Assembly (NCBI GenBank): GCA_035550175.1
Contig: DASZQE010000480.1
Coordinates: 1-14,835 of the forward strand
Length of the DNA: 14,835 nucleotides
From: Phycisphaerales bacterium
GTDB taxonomy: Bacteria; Planctomycetota; Phycisphaerae; Phycisphaerales; SM1A02
Reading direction: 5' to 3'
Part shown: positions 1-8,029 of the stretch, one piece after another
Layout of the letters: each line of letters begins with the position of its first letter
Numbering within the stretch: the first letter of the stretch is position 1
Translations under genes and position numbers: made by a program
The notes under the pieces: model-generated
Database searches by the model: none
Told to the model about the DNA's origin: nothing
What the model saw: the letters and a program-made list of their open reading frames with translations, nothing else

Positions 1-251
1 TGGAGATAGTTCTCGGTCACCATGTCATCCCAGCCGTTGGTGGCCAGGTCAGGATACTGGTCCTGATGCTGGACGCGATAGAGTTCCAACTGACCGCGAA
101 GGGTCTGGAGCTGGCTCTTGACGCTGGCGTTGCTGGCCTGCGTGGAAGCATCCGTGAACTGCGGGATGACGATGGCCGCCAAGATCCCCAGGATCACGAC
201 GACGATGAGAATTTCGATGAGCGTGAAAGCTCGTTTTACCTGCGTACGCAT
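1..251 (-). CDS. Type II secretion/type IV pilin-like pseudopilin, GspG-like, with prepilin N-terminal cleavage/methylation domain. Partial: the C-terminus runs off the window start.
   Basis: Minus-strand ATG at 249-251 (not in the ORF track because the frame leaves the window). Translation is MRTQVKRAFTLIEILIVVVILGILAAIVIPQFTDASTQASNASVKSQLQTLRGQLELYRVQHQDQYPDLATNGWDDMVTENYL.... It has the classic prepilin leader plus FTLIE motif and hydrophobic helix, followed by a GspG-like region (...LY....YP). A strong SD, AAGGAG, lies 9 nt upstream (revcomp of ~261-266). Confidence 0.75.
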   Translation of the reverse strand, partial: MRTQVKRAFTLIEILIVVVILGILAAIVIPQFTDASTQASNASVKSQLQTLRGQLELYRVQHQDQYPDLATNGWDDMVTENYL

Positions 252-685
252 GAGATCTGACTCCTTACTCCTGAAAACACAACCTCACAAACACGGGCCG
301 GGCCTTGGCACAGTGCCTCACGGCTCCCGCCGCTTGCGAACAAACGACCGAGCTCACCATGAGCCCAGCCACGAAGTCCTCAGCCAGCCGCAAGGCTCGC
401 CGAGGTTCTCCGTCGAGCGGACAACCGAAGGAGCTGCCGGACGATCGGTCCACGAAGAACCGTGTCAGGGCTGCTGCCGCGGATGAACGCGCGACCGCAC
501 AGAACCAAATACACGATTTGTATCGACGCAAGGCAAGGACATTTACACGCGCTTTGTTGAGTGAAGCAGACGCCGCCCGCACAGCCTTTACAGATTGTCA
601 GACGGCGATGAACGCATGGAATCCCTTGCGTGATTTGACTCATTGCGCGCGTCCGAGAAATGCGAACGAATCTCAAAATGACACG

Positions 686-726
686 GATCAAAAATGCAAT
701 CAGCCGGTGCATCCGTGCGCCGGCTG
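686..726 (-). terminator. Rho-independent terminator downstream of the PilZ gene (minus-strand orientation)
   Basis: 11-bp stem with one G.U pair (cagccggtgca 701-711 / tgcgccggctg 716-726) and loop tccg. On the minus strand it is followed by a U-rich tract (revcomp of 686-700 = ATTGCATTTTTGATC). It sits 60 nt after the PilZ stop. Confidence 0.55.
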
Positions 727-789
727 AAGTTGCGGTGTGAATGATCGGACAGTCGCCCCTCCGGAGACTGGCCGATGGGAGTGTGCGAA

Positions 790-1125
790 TCAGGCAGCCA
801 TGCGCTGCTCAAACTGAATGGCGACGCGGTAGCCTTCGCCGCAGGGGAGGCAGCGGAGCACGACACCGCGCTTGGCCTGGTAGCCGGCCTGCTGAAATCC
901 GATGGTCACCAGTGTTCCGGGCTCAAGAACCGAGTCGCTGACGGCTCCGAGACCTTCGTGGGAGTAGTCCACGAGCTTGAGTTCGTGCATGCGGCCGAAT
1001 TCCTCGCCGGACAAACGAAACGCTGTTGCGATTCCGTGCATAGGCCACCTATCCATTCCGCGCCGCTCAAACGTCAGCGCTGATTGAGGCCGCTCCTGCA
1101 GATAATCCTGAATCATCCACGACAT
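790..1125 (-). CDS. PilZ-domain protein (single-domain c-di-GMP receptor)
   Basis: 111-aa ORF. The RxxxR motif (FERRGMDRWP) is followed ~25 residues later by DxSxxG (DYSHEG) with the typical beta-rich C-terminal half. GGAGG SD lies 10 nt upstream of the ATG at 1123-1125. Confidence 0.65.
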   Translation of the reverse strand: MSWMIQDYLQERPQSALTFERRGMDRWPMHGIATAFRLSGEEFGRMHELKLVDYSHEGLGAVSDSVLEPGTLVTIGFQQAGYQAKRGVVLRCLPCGEGYRVAIQFEQRMAA

Positions 1126-1241
1126 GGCACCGATGCCTCCAGATCTTTGCGGCCCCCTCCTGTGGGGTACAGATGGATTCTTCGGTACAAATGAGACGCG
1201 CCTTAACCTCGACGTGATTCAAAATGAAAACCGACACGAAA

Positions 1242-1287
1242 GGCTGATTCCCGGACAACCCAATTGACGGAGGATCTCGATACACTG
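1242..1287 (+). promoter_or_regulatory. Conserved upstream element GGCTGATTCCC...CGATACACTG, copy 1 (upstream of the DUF1015 gene)
   Basis: An 11-mer ggctgattccc (1242-1252) and a 10-mer cgatacactg (1278-1287) are both repeated exactly upstream of the next gene (2637-2668). The gene start is 55 nt downstream. Role unknown: promoter or regulator site. Confidence 0.3.
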
Positions 1288-1342
1288 CCCGCCTTGAGCC
1301 TGACGTGAGAGAGGAACACGCCGAATTTCAAGCGAAAGAACC

Positions 1343-2572
1343 ATGCTTCGGATCAATCCATTTGCAGCGCTTCGCCCCCAATCCAACCGTGCATCGCAGG
1401 TGGCCTGCGTCCCATATGACGTGATTAACACCGAAGAAGCACGACAATTGGCTGAGGGATTGCCGGATTCGTTCCTGCACGTGATCCGGTCGGAGATTGA
1501 TCTTCCGCAGGATACGAATCCTTATGACGCGAAAGTCTACGAACGTGCCAAACGGAACCTTGATGACCTCGTGAACCGCCGGGTGCTGAACAGGGAAGAA
1601 AAGCCGACGATCTATCTGTACCGGCAGGTGATGAATCATCGTGAGCAACTGGGCGTGGTGGCGTGCTGCCACATTGATGATTATCTGACCGACATCATCA
1701 AGAAGCACGAAAAGACGCGGAAAGACAAGGAAGACGACCGGACGCGGCACGTGCTGACGCTGAAGGCGAACGCGGAGCCGGTGTTTCTGGCGTACCGCGA
1801 TCAGAGGGACATCGACAAACTGGCCGCACGGGACACGAATGACCGCCCGTTGTTTCACTTTGTGGCGAAAGACGGCGTGACGCACACGCTGTGGACCGTT
1901 CGTGACCCGGCTCCATATATAAAGGAATTCGCAAAACTGCCGGCGGCATACATCGCGGACGGGCACCACCGCTCAGCAAGCGCTGCCAGGGCTGGCGCGG
2001 AATTGCGAAGCGCGAATCCGAAACACACTGGACATGAGGAGTACAACTGGTTTCTGGCGGTGCTGTTTCCTGCGAGCCAATTGACGATCATGCCTTATAA
2101 CCGCGTGGTTGCGGACCTTGCGGGCCAGACTGCAGATCAGGTGATGAAACGGATCGGTGATGTCGGTGTGATCACTGAAGTGAAAGCACCGATGCCTGAA
2201 AAACCCGGCGTGTTCTGCGTGTACGTCGGCGGGAAGTGGTCAAGAGTGGAAATCAAGCCTGCGCTGATCGACAAGAAAGATCCGATCGCATCGCTGGATG
2301 TTTCGCTGCTGCAGAATCTGGTGCTGCAACCGATTCTCAACATTGGTGATCCGCGAACGGACAAGCGGATTGATTTTGTGGGCGGAATCCGTGGAACCGC
2401 TGAGCTTGAAAATCGAGTGAACAGCGGCGCTGCAGCGATCGCATTCTCCATGTATCCCACGACAATCGAGCAGGTTTTCGCGGTGTCGGATGCCGGCCAG
2501 ATCATGCCGCCGAAGTCCACGTGGTTTGAACCGAAGCTGCGCAGCGGCCTCTTCGTGCATACGCTGGACTAG
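1343..2572 (+). CDS. DUF1015 (COG4198) family protein of unknown function
   Basis: 409 aa. The N-terminus MLRINPFAALRP...VACVPYDVINTEEAR and the ADGHHR motif are as I recall for the DUF1015 family. Codon usage is G/C3-rich like its neighbours. It lies directly upstream of serA/serC in the same orientation. Confidence 0.7.
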   Translation: MLRINPFAALRPQSNRASQVACVPYDVINTEEARQLAEGLPDSFLHVIRSEIDLPQDTNPYDAKVYERAKRNLDDLVNRRVLNREEKPTIYLYRQVMNHREQLGVVACCHIDDYLTDIIKKHEKTRKDKEDDRTRHVLTLKANAEPVFLAYRDQRDIDKLAARDTNDRPLFHFVAKDGVTHTLWTVRDPAPYIKEFAKLPAAYIADGHHRSASAARAGAELRSANPKHTGHEEYNWFLAVLFPASQLTIMPYNRVVADLAGQTADQVMKRIGDVGVITEVKAPMPEKPGVFCVYVGGKWSRVEIKPALIDKKDPIASLDVSLLQNLVLQPILNIGDPRTDKRIDFVGGIRGTAELENRVNSGAAAIAFSMYPTTIEQVFAVSDAGQIMPPKSTWFEPKLRSGLFVHTLD

Positions 2573-2636
2573 CCCGAAGTTCTCGGCAATTCTTGCTCCG
2601 ATTGATCCAAGCCTCCGCCGGGTTTTTGCCGGTGGC

Positions 2637-2668
2637 GGCTGATTCCCACGTGCAGGTCCGATACACTG
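2637..2668 (+). promoter_or_regulatory. Conserved upstream element GGCTGATTCCC...CGATACACTG, copy 2 (upstream of serA)
   Basis: Exact repeats of the 11-mer (2637-2647) and 10-mer (2659-2668) seen at 1242-1287. Spacing here is 12 nt versus 26 nt in copy 1. The element ends 6 nt before the ATG at 2675 and 72 nt before the ATG at 2741. Confidence 0.3.
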
Positions 2669-2740
2669 TTCGGCATGTCAACCACCCGCACCGCCGCCTC
2701 ATCTCTGGTGAATGAATCGGACGAGTCACAGGCTCGCATG

Positions 2741-3955
2741 TCGATTCTCATCGCGGACAAACTCGAAGCCGTCGGCGTTGATGGCTTGAAAAAGCTCTCG
2801 CCCGACGTGACGCACAACGCGGATGTGTCTGCGGATGCACTGCCGGCGCTTGTTGAGCAACTTGACCCGGACATTCTGATCGTTCGAGGCAAGAAGGTGA
2901 AAGCGGATGTTTTCGCCAAGGCGAAGAAACTGAGCCTGGTGATCCGAGGCGGAGCGGGATACGACACGATTGATGTTGCGACGGCCTCGTCTCGTGGCGT
3001 GTTCGTGGCGAATTGCCCGGGGAAGAACGCGATTGCGGTTGCGGAACTGGTGTGGGGATTGATTCTGGGAACGGATCGGAGAATTCCCGATCAGACGATC
3101 GACCTGCGCGCCGGGAAGTGGAACAAGAAGGAGTTTTCAAAAGCCAACGGCTTGTATGGACGCACGCTCGGCATCGTGGGAATGGGTCAGATCGGTCAGG
3201 AAGTGGCTGCACGCGGCAAGGCATTCGGGATGAATGTGGTGGCATGGTCCAGAAGCCTGACCGAAGCGGCTGCGGACGCCATGGAAGTGGATTACTGCTC
3301 GAACCTGATCAATCTCGCAAAGATGAGCGACGTCATCAGCGTGAACGTGGCTGCGACAGATGAGACGAAGCATCTGATTAATGAGCAGTTTCTGTCCGCG
3401 ATGCGGCAGGGTGCGATGCTCGTCAACACCAGCAGAGGATCTGTGGTTGATGAAGCCGCCTTGGCGAAAGCTGTGAAGGAGCGTGGGATCCGCACGGGAC
3501 TGGATGTGTTTGATCCGGAACCTTCGGGCGGAGAGGGAACCATCAGCAATCCGATTCTGCAACTGCCTGGTGTGTACGGCACGCACCACATCGGCGCATC
3601 CACCGATCAGGCGCAACTGGCAATCGCCCGCGAAGTCATTCGCATCGCCAGCACCTACATGGAAACCGGTGAAGTGATGAACTGCGTGAATCTTGCGTTG
3701 ACGACGCCTGCAACGACGTTGATCACTGTTCGGCATTTGAACGTGCCCGGCGTTCTGGCGCATATTTTCTACATTCTCAGCCAGGCCCGGATCAACGTGG
3801 AAGACATGCAGAACATTGTGTATGAGGGCGGAAAAGCCGCATGTGCCCGCATCCAGCTCGATGATGCACCGGCTGCGGAACACTTGAAGACGATCGCCAA
3901 CAACGAGAATATCCTTTCTGTGAATTTGTCCCGAATTCCCAATCGCAAACGCTGA
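2741..3955 (+). CDS. serA: D-3-phosphoglycerate dehydrogenase (2-hydroxyacid dehydrogenase family with C-terminal ACT domain)
   Basis: The N-terminus MSILIADKLEAVGVDGL... is typical of SerA. Rossmann motif GIVGMGQIGQEVA, catalytic region ...NTSRGSVVDEAAL...DVF..EP...HIGAST, and C-terminal ACT-like segment (ITVRHLNVPGVLAHI...). The ORF track offers an upstream in-frame ATG at 2675 (+22 aa, no SD). The start is uncertain: 2741 is preferred by homology, but 2675 would fit a leaderless transcript. Confidence 0.85.
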   Translation, partial: SILIADKLEAVGVDGLKKLSPDVTHNADVSADALPALVEQLDPDILIVRGKKVKADVFAKAKKLSLVIRGGAGYDTIDVATASSRGVFVANCPGKNAIAVAELVWGLILGTDRRIPDQTIDLRAGKWNKKEFSKANGLYGRTLGIVGMGQIGQEVAARGKAFGMNVVAWSRSLTEAAADAMEVDYCSNLINLAKMSDVISVNVAATDETKHLINEQFLSAMRQGAMLVNTSRGSVVDEAALAKAVKERGIRTGLDVFDPEPSGGEGTISNPILQLPGVYGTHHIGASTDQAQLAIAREVIRIASTYMETGEVMNCVNLALTTPATTLITVRHLNVPGVLAHIFYILSQARINVEDMQNIVYEGGKAACARIQLDDAPAAEHLKTIANNENILSVNLSRIPNRKR

Positions 3956-3983
3956 TTTCAGTGCAACACAACGGAGTGTGCCC

Positions 3984-5111
3984 ATGTCCACCATGACTTC
4001 ACCGGCTCCCGCAAAATCCAAATCCGGTTCAAAGCGAATCTTCAACTTTTCCGCAGGCCCAGCGGTGCTTCCGGAAGAAGTGCTGAAGCAGGCGCAGGAA
4101 GACGTGTGGAACATCGCGAGCTCGGGCGTCGGCATATTGGAACACAGCCATCGAGGCAAAGTGTATGACCGCGTGATTGAAGAGGCGGAAGCGGATTGCC
4201 GAAAGCTCGCCGGCATTTCGGATGAGTATTACGTGCTGTTTCTGCAGGGCGGAGCGACGACGCAGTTCGCAATGGTGCCGATGAATTTCCTGAGCAAGGA
4301 CGCAACGGCGGATTACCCCGACACCGGTGTGTGGACCACGAAGGCGATCAAGGAAGCCAAGCTCTTCGGCAACGTGAACGTGGCATTTGAGGGATCAAAG
4401 TGCAAATACGATCACGTGCCTGCGGATTCTGAACTCAAGCAGACGCCGAACGCTGCGTATCTGCACTATTGCTCCAACAACACGATCTACGGAACGGAGT
4501 ACACCCACGTGCCGACGACCAGCGCGCCGCTGGTGTGCGATGCGTCTTCAGATATTTTCAGCAAGCCGATCGACGTGAAGAAGCATTCGCTCATCTACGC
4601 AGGCGCGCAGAAAAATCTCGGGCCTGCGGGAACTGTGCTGGTGATTGTCCGCAAGGACTTTGCAGCCAAGGGTGCGAAGAATCTGCCTTCGATGTTCTCA
4701 TACCAGAAGCATGGCGAGAACGGCTCACGACTCAACACACCCCCCACTTTCGGGATTTACCTGATGGGACAAGTCTTCAAGTGGCTGCTGAAGAACGGCG
4801 GATTGCAGGCGTTCGAGAAGCGCAATGTGGAAAAGGCCAAGGTGATCTACGACGCGATCGACGGATCCAGCGGGTACTACAAGGGCGTCGCACGGAAGGA
4901 TTCCCGTTCGCTCATGAATGTGACATTCCGTCTGCCGAACGAGGAGTTGGAAGCGAAATTCGTCAAGGAATCGGAAATGCAAGAGATGGATGGTCTGAAA
5001 GGGCACAGGGATGCGGGCGGCATCCGGGCTTCGATCTACAACGCATTTCCGATCGAAGGCTGCCGGGCGCTTGCACAGTTCATGAAGGATTTCGCAGCTC
5101 GGAACGGATGA
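3984..5111 (+). CDS. serC: 3-phosphoserine/phosphohydroxythreonine aminotransferase
   Basis: IFNFSAGPAVLPEEVLKQAQEDVWN...GVGILEHSHRGK...YYVLFLQGGATTQFAMVPMNFL is the SerC signature. GGAG SD sits 7 nt upstream of the ATG at 3984. The ORF track extends to a GTG at 3978. It follows 29 nt after the serA stop, so is probably co-transcribed. Confidence 0.85.
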   Translation: MSTMTSPAPAKSKSGSKRIFNFSAGPAVLPEEVLKQAQEDVWNIASSGVGILEHSHRGKVYDRVIEEAEADCRKLAGISDEYYVLFLQGGATTQFAMVPMNFLSKDATADYPDTGVWTTKAIKEAKLFGNVNVAFEGSKCKYDHVPADSELKQTPNAAYLHYCSNNTIYGTEYTHVPTTSAPLVCDASSDIFSKPIDVKKHSLIYAGAQKNLGPAGTVLVIVRKDFAAKGAKNLPSMFSYQKHGENGSRLNTPPTFGIYLMGQVFKWLLKNGGLQAFEKRNVEKAKVIYDAIDGSSGYYKGVARKDSRSLMNVTFRLPNEELEAKFVKESEMQEMDGLKGHRDAGGIRASIYNAFPIEGCRALAQFMKDFAARNG

Positions 5112-5387
5112 GGCGAAATTGGGTGAATGTCCCGAGATCTTGACGGCAAACGATGCAAAATCGATACGTCTATTGGGGGTAAATTGACGACTGCGCGCTT
5201 GATACGCCGGTCCCTGACAGTATCCTTCCCTGAATCAGGTTTTCGCTGAACCGGGCAAACGTCCGGTAAGGGGCAAGGCTGCCCGCATGCGAAGCTGGCC
5301 AGGAAGGCAGACATCCGGTGCATCGAGCGTTTGCGGCGTGATTGCACGCTTCAAATGTGATGTTGATCGACTCAGGAGACCGCTCTC

Positions 5388-7226
5388 GTGCCCAAACTGG
5401 ACATCCGAAAAGTCCACAGAGTCTCCAAGGCCAATGTTGATGAATTCCCGATCACAATCGGACGGTCATCGTCCAATTCGCTGGTGCTGCACGACACGCG
5501 CGTCAGCCGACACCATTGCGTGATTGAAGTCATCGAAGGCGTTGCACGGGTGCGAGACCTGGACTCGCACATCGGCACAAAGGTCAACGGCCGGAAGGTT
5601 TCGATCGCGCGGCTTGCCAACGGCGACCACATCCGCGTCGGTCCGTATGAACTAGTGTACAAGGATCCCAATGCGCCGGAAGTTGATGAGAACCTCAACG
5701 GCATGCACCTGAATGGACACGGTCGACCCGCAGGCGACACGGACCTGATTCCATTCCATGATTCGGACTCTGAAATGCATGAGGGCGAGCGTGCAGAGCC
5801 GGGCGAGATTCTGCTCTCGACATCGTCCCAACACGGCGAGGAAGAGCGCACGCCGCCTGTCGCACAGCTTGAAGAGGATGTGCTGCGGGAACGGCTGGCC
5901 CGCCAAGCGCTGGAGCAGCAGTTGCAGGACGTTCAGAGCCAGTTGCAGGCGATGGAAGACCAGCGGCATTCGCTTGAAGCCATGCAGACCCAGTGGGCGG
6001 AAGAGCGTGAACGTCTTGTCGCGGACCTGCAGATCAAGGATGAAGCGTTGGCGAAAGAGCGCGCGGAAATCCTTGAGCAACACGAAGCGGACCTTCAGCA
6101 GCAACGATCTCGCGTGGAAGAGCTTGAACGCTCAATTGCGGAGTCCGAGCATGAACACGCCTCGCTTCTGACTCAGTGCGAGCGGTTTCAGACCGAGCGA
6201 ACTTCCGCTGAAGCCCGCCTTTCGGAATTGCAGGATCATCTCTCACACCTCCAGCATGAGGCGGAACTGGCACGCCAGCATGCACACACTTTGGAATCCG
6301 ACCGTGACCGCGCGATGGATCTTGAACGCGCGATCGATGATTCGCAGCAGGAACGGGAATCGCTGCAGGCGCTTTGCGATCAGTTGCAGGATGACCGCTC
6401 CGCAGCTGAGTCTCGCATCGCGGAGGTGGAGAACCTGCTCAATGATCTTCACAAGCAAGTGGAGGTCGGCAGGCAGACTGAGGAAACGCTCGCCGAAGAA
6501 CGTCGCCATGCTGCCGAGCTTGAACAGCGCGCCCAGGATGCATGGCGTCAACAATCTGAAATGCAGCTTCGCTATGAGCAGATGGTGAATGAGCGCGACG
6601 GGATGGCCGCTCGCATCAAGGACATGGAGGCGACCGCCAATCGCTGGCGAGCACAAGCAGATTCGGCTCGCGCGGAATTGACATCCAAGTCGGAAAAACT
6701 CGATCAGCTTGCGAACCTGGCGAACACGCTGCAATCCCAACTGGAGCAGTTGGAAGCCCAGACTTCGGAATCCATTGCACAAACTTCGGCGGAGATTCAG
6801 CCGGATGATGAACGTGCGGATGTGCAGGAGATTCTGTATGACGAGGACACGCCATGGTCAGCGATCCCACAGTCGAATGAGGAGGAAGCTCAATCCGTCG
6901 CGGCCATTCTGAAAATGGACCCAGGCGATCTTGAGACTCGCACGGTCGAATCTGCGGAACAGGCCAACATGCTGCTTGGCGGGGCGATGCCTGCAATGGA
7001 CAAGACCGGTGCGGTGAACATCAAGAACTACGCAGGGCCGATTGATTTCCTGCGAGAGTCCGTCGATCGGATCCGGGCGCTGGCGGAAGAGCGTGACCGA
7101 CTGGCAAACGTGCAGAAGCGAACTAATCGCAACCGTGCAGCCAGAAACCGCGTGATTGCGGCGGTCGTGGTGCTGCTGGCCATCGTCGCGAGTCTTGCGT
7201 GGTGGTGGCTGCTGCGAAATCGTTGA
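5388..7226 (+). CDS. FHA-domain protein with ~350-aa coiled-coil region and C-terminal transmembrane anchor
   Basis: GTG start with AGGAGA SD 9 nt upstream. The N-terminal FHA domain is ITIGRSSSNSLVLHDTRVSRHHCVIEVIEGVARVRDLDSHIGTKVNGRKV...GDHIRVGPYELVY. A long E/Q/R/L/A-rich heptad region follows. The C-terminus has one hydrophobic helix (VIAAVVVLLAIVASLAWWWLL) with a basic tail. Confidence 0.75.
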   Translation: MPKLDIRKVHRVSKANVDEFPITIGRSSSNSLVLHDTRVSRHHCVIEVIEGVARVRDLDSHIGTKVNGRKVSIARLANGDHIRVGPYELVYKDPNAPEVDENLNGMHLNGHGRPAGDTDLIPFHDSDSEMHEGERAEPGEILLSTSSQHGEEERTPPVAQLEEDVLRERLARQALEQQLQDVQSQLQAMEDQRHSLEAMQTQWAEERERLVADLQIKDEALAKERAEILEQHEADLQQQRSRVEELERSIAESEHEHASLLTQCERFQTERTSAEARLSELQDHLSHLQHEAELARQHAHTLESDRDRAMDLERAIDDSQQERESLQALCDQLQDDRSAAESRIAEVENLLNDLHKQVEVGRQTEETLAEERRHAAELEQRAQDAWRQQSEMQLRYEQMVNERDGMAARIKDMEATANRWRAQADSARAELTSKSEKLDQLANLANTLQSQLEQLEAQTSESIAQTSAEIQPDDERADVQEILYDEDTPWSAIPQSNEEEAQSVAAILKMDPGDLETRTVESAEQANMLLGGAMPAMDKTGAVNIKNYAGPIDFLRESVDRIRALAEERDRLANVQKRTNRNRAARNRVIAAVVVLLAIVASLAWWWLLRNR

Positions 7227-7277
7227 TCGGATCGTGTTCGATCCAAGCAAGTGCGTTGCAGTTATTGATATCGAACT

Positions 7278-7940
7278 TCAATCCTTGAATGGAAGTTCTT
7301 TCGTCAAAGCGTCAAGCCCCATCGGCAATTCAAACCGCTCGCGCGTGCGCGCATAGGTGATGCCCCCCATGCGGCCCACAGCGCGCAATTTGTCAGGGTT
7401 CACGTGCATGCGTTCATTAAGCAGCGCATCATCGACTTTCACGTGAATGACCCTGCCGAGCACCACATTGCCGCCGCCAGGCCGGCCTGGATTGGTGCGG
7501 AGGATCTGCATGGTCTCGCATTCAAAGCACCAGGGCGCATCTTTCACGCGCGGAGGCGCCACCACAACACTCGGTTCGGTGGCAAGTCCCACAAGTTCAA
7601 ACTCGCTGACACCATACGCGGAGTCCTCCGCCGCCGCGGCAACCTTGCGAACATATGGCTCAACCGACGCATTGACCACAAACTGTCCCTGTCCGCCTTC
7701 GCTTGCGGGCTTGCAATTTCGGAGCGTGTCCTTCTCGCTGCCGTCGGGTTTGTTGGACACGCAGAACAGGATCATCATCGGATCTGAGCCGACGCCGTTG
7801 AAAAACGAGAATGGCGCGAGGTTCGGGCACTTGCCGTCCGGGGAGAGGGTCGAGACGAACGCGATCGGTCGGGGAACAATGCAACCGATCAGCAGTTTGT
7901 ACCGCTCAGCGACAATCAATTTCTCCGCTCGTGATTCCAT
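7278..7940 (-). CDS. Flavin reductase-like (FMN-binding split-barrel) family protein
   Basis: The core ERYKLLIGCIVPRPIAFVSTLSPDGKCPNLAPFSFFNGVGSDPMMILFCV matches the flavin reductase domain. Start chosen at the internal ATG (7938-7940, MESRAEKLIV...). The ORF-track start at 8054 would overlap the divergent purE start by 25 nt and adds a non-conserved 38-aa leader. Confidence 0.65.
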   Translation of the reverse strand: MESRAEKLIVAERYKLLIGCIVPRPIAFVSTLSPDGKCPNLAPFSFFNGVGSDPMMILFCVSNKPDGSEKDTLRNCKPASEGGQGQFVVNASVEPYVRKVAAAAEDSAYGVSEFELVGLATEPSVVVAPPRVKDAPWCFECETMQILRTNPGRPGGGNVVLGRVIHVKVDDALLNERMHVNPDKLRAVGRMGGITYARTRERFELPMGLDALTKELPFKD

Positions 7941-8029
7941 TCCGGGAGTGTATGCCGGACAAGTGAACCTCGCGTTTGGTGCGAAATGGTTCGATCCACA
8001 TGAATATTGAATTCCGCTAAGCTGCGGGA

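Noticed and set aside
66-260. 64-aa plus-strand ORF
   Set aside because: It lies entirely antisense to the well-supported pseudopilin CDS (1-251, minus), whose product has a textbook prepilin N-terminus. It has no RBS.
306-325. TGGCAC motif resembling a sigma54 -24 element
   Set aside because: The required TTGC (-12) is absent at the N5 spacing (sequence is CTCA).
265-727. Overlapping ORFs 305-727 (+), 380-712 (-), 265-582 (-) in the intergenic region
   Set aside because: Mutually overlapping in a low-GC, A-rich spacer. The minus-strand ones are Arg/Ala/Ser-rich GC-frame artefacts, and 380-712 would start inside the terminator hairpin. The plus ORF has weak codon bias (ATA/ACA/AGA/TTT codons) and no SD. 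It is kept only as a possibility in the findings.
1328-2572. Minus-strand ORFs 1328-1969, 1698-1979, 1855-2091, 2137-2520, 2240-2560 inside the DUF1015 gene
   Set aside because: Antisense shadow ORFs of a GC-rich gene. The plus-strand frame gives a full-length family-like protein.
2748-4305. Minus-strand ORFs 2748-3245, 3137-4216 (359 aa), 3292-3603, 4042-4305 and plus ORFs 3013-3363, 3483-3677, 4387-4578, 4469-5143
   Set aside because: Alternative frames or antisense of serA/serC, whose products align end-to-end to well-known enzymes. The products of the alternative frames are Arg/Pro/Ser-rich.
5372-7250. ORFs overlapping the FHA/coiled-coil gene (5372-5851 -, 5652-6104 -, 5758-6171 +, 6243-6782 -, 6256-6588 +, 6616-6996 -, 6858-7250 -)
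   Set aside because: Off-frame or antisense readings of a repetitive coiled-coil coding sequence. No RBS, and composition atypical.
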